Below are positions 11,524-22,514 of a stretch of 64,000 bases of DNA, in pieces. The notes under the pieces are model-generated. The model was not told where the DNA came from. It saw only the letters and a program-made list of their open reading frames with translations, and searched no databases. The stretch comes from Paraphysomonas bandaiensis (taxonomy: Eukaryota > Protista > Chrysophyceae): positions 310,001 through 374,000 of the forward strand of contig CBFFRP010000433.1 in assembly GCA_965644295.1 (NCBI GenBank), written 5' to 3'. A program made the translations under genes and the position numbers. How positions within the stretch are numbered: the first letter of the stretch is position 1; each line of letters opens with the position of its first letter.

Positions 11524-13920
11524 ATGAATATGTTCATGGAAAGTCATCCAGAGCACCCTGGTGCATCTCTCTCACGAAAGAAACTAAAAGATCTTCCAAT
11601 CCTCATGCCATCCCACTACTGTCACACTAACATACTTGGAGTCCTAGTGAGTCATATGTATTCGATAATCCGTGTATTAGATATACTCATATACTACAGC
11701 GAAACTATCATTTGAATTGTATTGGGCGAGTGTTTATGACCTTTCAAGATCCTCGATCAAGGTCCCTACACATGAGACGTATGCGTGCTTGTGTTTATAT
11801 CTATATCAGTAAACTGGGGATGATGTTAAGAGTCATAATTAAGCTTACAATCGTACTCAACACGATTGCTTACGTACTTTCGTGGTCTCCGGACTTCATG
11901 TAGGTGTACATAACCCACTTAGAATACGTTATTTTATATACAAAATTCAGGGAGGCACCGGATGACTGCGAGAACCCTGTGTGCGATAACGACCCAGATT
12001 TATGTCCAGATAAAATGGTCTGCGCTCCCGTGAGCAATCATACGATGTACAAAACACAAATTACGTGCATGTTGGTGCTGCTTGTGGAGTTCATTGTAAC
12101 CGCTTCAACGTGCTGGAGTGTGCCTGCAAGGTGTGTTGAAACGCTGCAATTTTTTTATACACTCCATTACGGGAGCTTAACTGTGTGTAATATTTTATGT
12201 GATCTTTTCTGTTAAAATCATAAGTACATATACTACTTGTAGATTGGCTGGAGTTCTTGACCTGAAGTATGAGAAACAACGAGCTGCTGAATTAGAAAAC
12301 TCCGACAATTGTGACACGGACCTAGACGATATTATAAACAGAGATCTCTATGCGGAAAGTAGTGGAAGAATTAGATCAGCGTCTCTTTTGGGTATGTCTG
12401 GGCGGCTCTCTATGAAGGAAGGGTTTTTTCAGTGGAAGGTAGTAACACTATTGCGTGGATGAAAGTTTTTTCAATATCTACCGGTAATAATGCGATATTT
12501 TAATTTTATAATGTAGACCTCACACGAGGTGGATGCTGAAGTTGAATCTGACCCCACCTACCCCAGTTATATACAAGTTGCACGCTTTATCACTACAGGA
12601 AAAAATATACGCAGCTTTGTTGCTGTATTCCCTCTCTTGTGTGTGCTAATGATCACTTCCCATGAAGGTCAATATAGTGAATACACAACAGTTGCACGTA
12701 TGGTGACACTGGTCAAATTGGCGGATGTCATTTCTGGTAGGCGATCGACACATGTACTTTCACGTACAATGCTTCGAGCTTATCACACGTTACTCTTTAT
12801 GATGTGGTGTATATTCTTGACTGCAGTTTTAATCGGTTCAGTGGTGTTTCTACTAGAGCGTGGAGAGTATGTAATTAATGATGAGTATCCGGATGGTGCT
12901 TACTTGCGTCAGACAGTTACTGGTCACGGAAAAGAAGAATCACCATTCACATCAACAGGATTATCTCTCTACTGGGTTGTTGTCACTCTGACCTCTGTTG
13001 GTAAGGAAGAATATATGAGTTACAGTTCCTGGTTTGTCATGATTTTGTAATCATTCTTGACTGTTTGAGATGTGTACTTCAGATGTACTACAAGTATTTC
13101 GTGAATATCATGAGATGTATATAGTACTCACTATTCTATTATAGGCTACGGTGATTTGGTGTGCACTTCGACATGGGGCCGTCTCATTAGCTGCGTTCTG
13201 ATGATTTTATCCATATTCATTCTGGCACTTCCTATTGCCATTATTGGTCAAATTTTGACAGAAGAAGTGGACAAATATATGGCAGTGAAAGCTAATCGTG
13301 AGTCGAACATAGCGAAGCAGTTAGACATACGAGCATCGAATGTGCTCATTGAAAAGTATTCGAAGCGGCGTGAAAGTAGCCGAGATTCGATGGTAACCTC
13401 CGGGACTAGTCGTGTGTCTTTGCATGGCGCAGTGGTTCGAAATCCCCTAGCCGGAAAATCTCACAGACGAACTTATAACTCTCGATCTACAGAATCATTT
13501 GACTCTTTGAGTAACAGAGACTTTGCTGCTACAATGCATAACTCCATGGAATTACAACAACGTGGCTCATCTAACGAATATGAAACAGTTGAAAAACAGA
13601 GTGAAGCATGTAGTGCTAGACACAGCATGATCCCACAAGGTTTCCTTGACGAGAGTGCTTCTGACGCAGTTGTAAATGAAGACGGCGATGATTGTCAATC
13701 AATTACTGAGGGTTTACGAATTAATACAGTGGACCTCAAAGGCACCCCGTGCAATGATGGTACAGAGGATGAGGACTTGGAGACTTTAGAACGCGAGTTG
13801 AACCAACTTGAAGATGAATATTCGGTTCAAGTAAAAGTTTGTGCAAATCTACATCGTAGAATAGTACGTTTAATGAACGTTAGATGCAATATATTGACCG
13901 CTAAGCTATCTAAGCTTTAG
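11524..13920 (+). CDS. Six-TM potassium channel (Kv/Shaker-like pore) with long cytosolic tail and C-terminal coiled coil
   Basis: Pre-S1 motif FQDPRSS; S5 ...IGSVVFLLERG; pore helix SPFTSTGLSLYWVVVTLT. Selectivity filter TSVG|YGD is split by intron 13001-13144. S6 ILALPIAII. 5' exon structure approximate. Confidence 0.85.
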
Positions 13921-15244
13921 ATGTAGAAATAACAACTTGTTTTGACTTTTTTCATTTTTTAAAAGTGCATATATGTATACAGTGTTCGAAAAGTTGTCAT
14001 ATTGTATGTGGTATTGTTATGTCTCGTATCGGTGTTTGTAAGCGTGGAGTTCAATGAGAAATGTTAAGTGTGGACACTCGTGGAGTTTATAAAATACTTA
14101 GTAGAAGATTTTTGAAATTTAAGGTTACTATGTATACAAGTTCTTGTAGTGCAAATAAATGAGAGATAAAGTATCAGCTATGCTGATTTAGTTTTGTGTG
14201 CTACAGCAGTTTACTGTTGCTTTTCCGATTAATTTACAGTTATAGATATATGATATATTTATCCACGAGGTCCACGTTTGGTCGAGTCACCAACATTGGA
14301 CATTCGGATGGTGAGAAAACTTAAGTAAACGTATTTCAGTGTCTCCAACATTAGTTTATATCATATATCATCACATACATACATACATACACATGCATGC
14401 GTTTGCTGCAAATTAACGACTAATTTTGAGCATATATAACTTTCACCTAATCTCATAGTTCATTACAGTACCATCTAGTTCTCATTACTGCTTGCGCTTG
14501 TGACAGAAGAGCAATAACTGCTGTACATGCAATGAATAAACTGATTATTACCCAACAGCCCACTAGTACTCCAGCTCCACACTCTACTACTCTAGTACCA
14601 CTACTTATTACTTGATACTAGCCGGGGTCTCTGGAGCTTAAAGCCATTTCTGATGCATTTCTTTTTTTACCAGTAAGTCGAGCTTATCCACTACCTCATC
14701 TGCATGGTCTTCGTTTTCCATTTCAAACATGGTTTCATGTTGTAAATCAGCACATAAATCAACGACGTACTTAGACTGAACTTTCACTGCGCACTCCAAA
14801 CGCTTTACTCCACTTTTCCCTCCAATGTTAACAGGCATAGTGCTTGCGTCATCTTCAATAACCTCGAGACACACAGCACAAATTGGTGCACTTCCATCCA
14901 CACTCTTAATTACTACATTTATCAACTACTGTATTCTTAAACTAAGGGGTTTAATTCGAATACTTTAATTCTTACATTTAGGAAAAGCCTAACAGGTCCC
15001 GGGATAGTTTTATAAGGGACGCTATTCCAGTTCCCATATGAGTCATACTGGGTAAATATTGGGCTATCCAAATGTTCTATTGAGCCAAAAACAGATCAAT
15101 ATACAAATTTTGAGATGAAATGGGGACTAGTTATCATCACAATGTCGTGAAGAGATATGCATTCTCTTTAAAGTCGATGTGATGACCAAACCTGGTGAAA
15201 CGGCCAAAACCTGGTGAAATATTGAAAATGTCGATTAATGTTGA

Positions 15245-15400
15245 GCTTTTGGTGCATGATGACATCAATAGATAAATGTCCAACCGCTCTTTTCTTATTG
15301 CCTGTCAGCTCTCTTTCATCGTTGCCCTGAATTTTGGCCACTGTCTTCTCAAAAATTGCACTGGCAACAATTCCTGCATCCCAGACTTGGGAAAATAATG
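15245..15400 (-). pseudogene. Relic fragment of a hAT-like transposase
   Basis: Translates DAGIVASAIFEKTVAKIQGNDERELTGNKKRAVGHL, resembling from memory the IVxSxxFESAVVKxxxxxxxxLTxxEKxA motif of oomycete hAT-like transposases. Short, with no intact ORF. Confidence 0.45.
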
Positions 15401-15781
15401 TTTTTATGAAAATGCTTTCTAGTTTAGAGAAGAGTAATGAAAAACTTATAAAATGACATTACTTTACAAAACAGTTTAGTCGTCACTTTTTAGACTATAG
15501 AAAAACTCTACACAACCATGGTATATTTGGAAACCAAACCACGTCAATGGTGATAGACACGAGAAAATTGATATATGATGTGTAACTAAATATTCATAAA
15601 TCATTGCACATCAATATGATGATAAGATGTCCGTAGAACACAGACATTTAAATTGTCATACGTAGTGTTTCAATTAATGTATTCGAATACAACGACTTTT
15701 GTATCGTTCTATATCTTCTGCTCCCTTGGTATGTCTCGTCTAGAGACAGTACCCTGGTCAGGGGACAGTCTTTGTCTTCCT

Positions 15782-18700
15782 TTACCTGTTGAAAAATGGA
15801 TGGTGCTTTGGCACATCATACATACTCAGGTAATAATTCAAGTGGCTTCCAGACTCCTCTTCACCTTCATCGATATTTATATTAAAATCTCTCATGTACT
15901 TTTGCTTCTCCAGATTCCAGAACAGGAGACCAAAAGCAAACTGCTTGTAGTCCTCATGTAGTGATGATTTCTCAAAATATTCGACGGTAAAACGATTACA
16001 CAAAACCTTTGTGCTACGGGCGGTACACATAAGAAGTGCATCATCAAGAGGCTTTAGAAAGGGTAGAGGCGGCACAAGGGTTCTGAAGTGGTCTAACGTA
16101 TGTTTGGCAACTAGCTGAAGACGATGCCTCATTCCCCCTCCTTGTCTGAAGACAACAGCCTCCTGGAGATTACAATCATCGTAAGAAAGTAAAATCTGTG
16201 CTGAGTATGCCACAAGAAAGAGAGAGATAATGCCCATTGGGCATATTTGTGGTCGCTGAATAAGCTTCTCCCCAGCAAACGCGATAGCATTAAGGCACTT
16301 CTCTCGCTCCATAACTTCCGTGTGGAGAAACTTCTTCCCACATACAGAAAGAAATCCATACAAGGCATAGTAATAGCACATCCCATAGTGACCCTTCTGT
16401 AGTCGTTTTATTTTGTTCAATACATGATAAGCATCAACAAACTGCCCCCGCATGATGTGAATCGCAACCATAATTTCGTTAGACCAAATTTTCTGAAGAG
16501 TAAGGTCACATTGAGCTAACAACTTGACCCTGTCGTGCACTTGCTGCGGATGACCGCACACGAAATGGATCCAGCTGATTATATTCTCAATCTGTAAGCG
16601 CAGCGGACTATCATCTTGCTTCAGCACAGTCCGTGTCGAGGCATTTAATAAGTGAACTTCCGCCTGCTGGAATTCACCAGTAGCAGCAACTAATACTCCA
16701 CGGTGTAACTGAATATATGAGTATCTCGTATCTTTTCTGTCTGTTATGGCATTAACATTGAACAATTTATACCAACTCTGTGCGGCCGCCATACCCTTCG
16801 AGAACAAAGAGGCTGTTGCCAGACCACTGCATAATCTCGCACGGCTATATAAATCTGATGAGGGAGTAAGGGAAAGTGATTTCAGATAAAACACTTCGGC
16901 GTTAGATAAGAGGCCCCGCATCATACATAAATCACCGTGATAGAAAAACATTTCCGCATATAAATTCTTTATTGTATTACTTTCGTAACATGATCGAAAA
17001 GGTATTTTCAGAACAGAATTGTTTATCCTGTTCATATGTACTGCCAAGAGACATAGATTGTGACTACGTGCTAGCTCTCCTAATCTGCGTACAAACTGTA
17101 ACCATATATTATATCCACAGCTAATACTCACTTGTAGGATAGTATACTCATGTGTGCTACGTATATGCACATTTTATACGTTGGGATCAGCTTGCACTTA
17201 GAACTGATACGCTTTGACAATTCCGACCTCGCCAAGTAACGACGATTGGCTGTGGCTTTTCCAAATTGATACGGCTTACTTAAAACACCACTAAAACTGT
17301 CACCCAGCGTGTGATGATTGGCACAACAATCCTCAATAACTTGATCCACACTACACTGGCATGTAGCCAGTTTTAGCAGCTGATGATAGTGACTGTACGA
17401 CGCAAGAAACAAGAAATCTATTTGTGACTTTTCAGCTGCTACTTCTGTATATTCAATTTCTTTCTGCAGGTTACGCGCACGAGAAAAATGGAATGCAAGT
17501 GCTTCTGCGTCGCTTACTCGCATCTCCTCAGAGTTCAAGGCGTACATCTCAGCAAGATCCAGGGCAATAATATCGTGTACTGCCTGTCGTTGACCTTCCA
17601 GCATTAGTGCGTAAATATTCTCACGAAAAGCTTTGTTCAAAAATGTGTAAAGTTTGGATTTGGAATCACGCGCAGAGGCGACGCCAGAACACTGAGACAC
17701 CATTCTTCTGGTACTTGAGCTGCGTGTCTTGGAGAGATAGGATACACATACTGTCGAATCGAGTCTTTCAGGCATGGCAAAAACACGCTTAATTATCCCC
17801 ATCTCTTCAAGTTCAACGAGAGCTTTCTCTACTTGAGAAATGATCACCCCATACCCCATTTTTTCTAAAGTTAAGTTAAGGGTATATACAGAAAAGTCAG
17901 TACCACACACAGAAGCCAGTTTTAAAAGGATCTTGTTCTCATGAGACAATCCATCAAATTCTTGCATTCCATATCGATTACCACTTGAGGGTGAGCTAGC
18001 GCCATACTTCATCTTGGACACACGCATTTCAATCTGCTTAATTTGTTCTACCACCAACCCCGCTATTCCTCCTCCACTCTTTGAGAGAATATTCGTCACA
18101 CTTTGATCGGACAAGATATTGGGCTCATTGGCCAACACAGAAGACCCTAGGGTAACTTCAATTAAGGAGCGGACGCTGTTCCGTGTAAATGTACCCAATG
18201 AAATTACATGGCAAAGGTAGCTTATATCGTCCATATCATTGACTCGGGCAGACCTATCGAATGATGTGTTATGAACATACCAGTTTCTTGATTTCTTGTT
18301 GCGATCCACAGGCCTCATTGATCCAAGGAATATACCGGAATCCATCACGGATAGTAGACGTAGAATTATTTCAAACGACTGCGAGTCACACCACTGCAGG
18401 TCCTCCATTATTAAAGTTTTAGTGCTAGAGGTATAAATGTAATGCTTGATAATTTCAGATGCTAACGAACATATCATTTCTTGTTTTCCTGTAGCCGAAA
18501 ATTGATCCAAGAGTTCCACCGGTGGCTTGGCTGCTGTACCAAAGCACACACGCAGTAGCGGCAACACTTCGTGAATAGTAAATACTGTAGTATTGGCCGC
18601 AACATCTATTCCATTCGGAGTTGCGGTGCTGAGCTTGTCGCTATACGACAAACTCCATGACTTATCACCAGAATAAAGGTATGAACTTCCTTCAAGCGCA

Positions 18701-21366
18701 GCAAGAACAGATTTACTCAATGACTTTCCTGAAACTCTACCCAACGGCACATCACGGGATTCAGACATCCCCGATCGACCAGATAAAGTACTTCCTGAAT
18801 TGTGTTTCGAGCAACGAGAGCTCTTCGAGCTAACGGTATTGCCAGAGCGAGCAATAGAGTTTTTCGAGCTTACTGATGAAGACCGTGAATCAAAGTTATC
18901 TGTATGGGGTGCCGCTTCCTTATTAGATATTCCACTAGCCCCCGATGTGTCCTCATCACATACATAATCAAAGGTCAAGGTCGAGAGGTACGTGCGGACA
19001 CGCGTTTCGATTGCAACATACATATCCTCTAAGAGATGTTCTTCGTAGTCCTCATTCACATCAGCGCCGGCGAGGTCCAATTCCTGGTCATCATTATCTT
19101 TAGAGGAATATCGGTCTTGAAAAAAACTCTTGCTATGGCGTCTAGTACGAGTACGCGACGAACGTTTAATTACAGGCTCTACATCATGGCCCAATAATAA
19201 TTTGAACAACTGTCGGATTACCTCGTAAGGTTCCATCATGTTAGCCAAATGACAATACAGCCGTGGAGCTCTATACAGTAAGTCTGAATTCTTTCTGATC
19301 AATTCGGTGATAAGAGCGCTTTTACCTAGTAATATATATCAGTAACAGTAACTTAAATATACTCTTCGCTCACCGTATCCAGGGCCACCAACAATAACAA
19401 ACTTATTCTGTAACCGAGTAGTCTGTGAGCACGGTGAGGCTATGGATGCACTTGCTTCGGAGTGAAACAGCTCATCATTTATAGTATTTAGTGAATTGAT
19501 CAAATACGTTCTCAATGCACTACTGAGCAGCGATAATTCGTGTCGTCGGCCCACGATTTTTTGTCGCTTATTCATATCAAATCGGCGCTGAGTGTCATCA
19601 GAAGTGTTCGTATCAGCAGTATGTTTCTGAGGCGAAAAGACAGCAACAGGTCTATCATACCCTTTCGCCTTAACTCTGGGTAAAGACTTAAACGTAAATT
19701 CATCTCGTGCATCATAGTGTACATTGCTATCCACTAGGATCTGTGATATATCACATTTTCCCATCAATCTGGCTGCCAAATTAACGCTGGAACCCATAAC
19801 TGCATATTCATGGCGGTATATAGACCCAACGTAGCCACAAAACACTGTACCTTGGGCGATGCCGATTCGGCATTGGATATCAAATTGTGACAGGTCGGCA
19901 CGGATACGAAAGGCTGATGTGATTGCCCGTACACTGTCGTCGGATGAACTGAATCCAGGAACTCCAAAACAGCAGATAATAACACAACCTTTGTCATCAA
20001 CTACATACTGCCGCAGTGATCCCTGCAATCGTTTCATCGAATCTAAAACAGTCAACAACGCTTGTTGTGGGCGAGTAATACGACCAGAGTTAAAGTCTTC
20101 GTCAAGATTGAAAAGTTGAATAAACATGGTGGTCACCAAGCGAAGCTCAGCAATATGTTCGGATGTATTTTTCGCGATCGCTTCACGCACACTCTGATTA
20201 ACAAACCTAGCCAACATTTTCTTGAACTCCTTCGGTTGAGCAACCACTGGAAGAGCATTCATGATTGCTGAACGGTGTAAAGTATCAAATTTAGCATATT
20301 CTGCTGTAGGTTTATCATCAGCATTGGGGGACGTGTCGATATAGATTTTAACGTGCTTCTTCGTGAAAAATGAGGAAAACGAAGGGGTTTGTTTTACAAT
20401 CTTTCGTTTGCCCATAATGCGAACGCTTCCTTGACTTGTAGTTATACCATCAAACTTTTTGCAAATATATGTGAAAGCGGTAGGAGATAAACATATTTCA
20501 CCAGTTTTCGCACTGGCTTCTGCAGCGCCCATCTCGGCCAATAGGGGTCCAGAGACAAGGAACTCCATTCTCTCTGTGGATCCAAGTGACATATAATGCA
20601 ATCTTCCAGCACTCATCCCACAATGTAATCGCAAAGAAACAGGTGCATCTTTGCTTCCGGAGTCATATTGTCCACACGTTGATAGCATATCCAAACCACA
20701 TTCTGTGGCACATTCGACACAGCTGCTGTGCGCAGTTGGAGATGCAGACAAAGGAGCGGTCCACATGACCAGCACAGCATCGCCGCAAAACTTCACCACG
20801 TCGCCTTTGTGTTTTCGGATAATATTTCCCAAGAGAATGGTGAAGAAATTGCTGTCAATAAATAAAGACGATGTTACATCAACAAAAATGAAAATACACA
20901 AGGATCCATGATAACGTCGTTGTGCAAGATCTACAAATCAATTCCACACATATCATCCACATACTCACTTGATATGTCGTTTTAAGTCTTCCACGTCCAG
21001 AGTAGATGCAAGCTTGGTAAATCCAGATATATCTGCAAGCAAGACACTGGCAAATACAGTTTCACAAAATACGTGACTTGCAACTTTGCCAAGGTGACTA
21101 CAAACAAATAAATCAGAGAAAATAATACATCCGTGGGTGACCTACATGCGTCTGAGGACACTTTCTTGAAGAGTTATAGAGGTTTGAGCCTTGAACTCCT
21201 TGACGGCCTTGGAGTTGTGTTTTTGTTCTGCGTATGTGTTGTGGGCCACATCAGTGGTCGATTTTGACCATATAAATTTCGATTTGGAACTTCCTCTCCA
21301 TGACATTGAGCGCCATGACACACTAGCAGACGAGATACTCTTACAAGATCGATCATCAACTGACAT
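15782..21366 (-). CDS. Soluble class III nucleotide cyclase of the ADCY10/sAC family (tandem cyclase domains + STAND P-loop NTPase + helical/TPR-like tail)
   Basis: C1: VLLADISGFT, VVKFCGDA, LRLHCG. C2: ELRLVTTMFI, RQYVVDDKG, CRIGIAQG, HEYAVMGSSVNLAARLM. Then IVGRRHEL, Walker A GGPGYG|KS across intron 19326-19373, Walker B LIMEDLQWCD, winged-helix LLKLASVCG. Five exons. Confidence 0.92.
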
Positions 21367-21893
21367 TGTGATAAGATTGAATAGAAATAAATTACAATTC
21401 TAGATGAGAGAGATTCATATTCACACAGCCTCCAGATAAGAGCCCAGGCCCGCTGATCACATTGATATATTCCCCATTGAACACCTTTATAATCTCTGCA
21501 ATTTCGCCCAGAGAGGAATGTTCTTAGGAGGTAATATGAACAAGTTGATGCCTCGTCTATGTATGTATGTATAATATATAGAGGACTGTAGGAAGGAGGG
21601 TGAGAGATGGGACTGTATCTATAAGATTCCCCATACGTTTAACAGCCAGAGAATATAGAGTTTCTGGACCACCCAAGGTAGAAAACCCTTTGTTTTTGGG
21701 GAAGAGTATGACTGGAAAATCGCACTTCAACTTTTCCGTTGGAGTGATTGTATAAAATTTCATCACACAATGTACCAACCACCCTGTACGTTCGTAGATA
21801 GATTTATTGGTGCGTATGTATAAATACGTATGCCAGTGTGTATACATAAAAAAGGACAAAGCATCGAAAGGTACGTTGTGTCAACCCTGGACG

Positions 21894-22301
21894 TACATAC
21901 ATACATATATACATACATACATACATACATACATACATACATACATACATACATACATACATACATACATACATACATACATACATACATACATACATAC
22001 ATACATACATACATACATACATACATACATACATACATACATACATACATACATACATACATACATACATACATACATACATACATACATACATACATAC
22101 ATACATACATACATACATACATACATACATACATACATACATACATACATACATACATACATACATACATACATACATACATACATACATACATACATAC
22201 ATACATACATACATACATACATACATACATACATACATACATACATACATACATACATACATACATACATACATACATACATACATACACACATACATAC
22301 A
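21894..22301. repeat. (TACA)n tetranucleotide microsatellite, about 100 units
   Basis: Directly visible near-perfect array. Confidence 0.99.
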
Positions 22302-22514
22302 GATACGTGTCGTAGTATGTATAATATACTGTACGTACAGACGATGTACACAGCAATGTATACGCATCTCCGTCCAGTGGGTGACTCTCTGGCCATATAG
22401 TTACTTTTACTGCGAACGTCAACCACACTGACCTCTCAGCAGATATCACCATCTCCCACCTCACCTCCATGTGTTATCTGTAACTCATTCCTGTCTCTCT
22501 TTGATATATCTTCA

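Noticed and set aside
21763-22470. ORFs of 160-235 aa made of YIHT/MYVC repeats
   Set aside because: Artefacts of the stop-free (TACA)n microsatellite, which is open in all frames.
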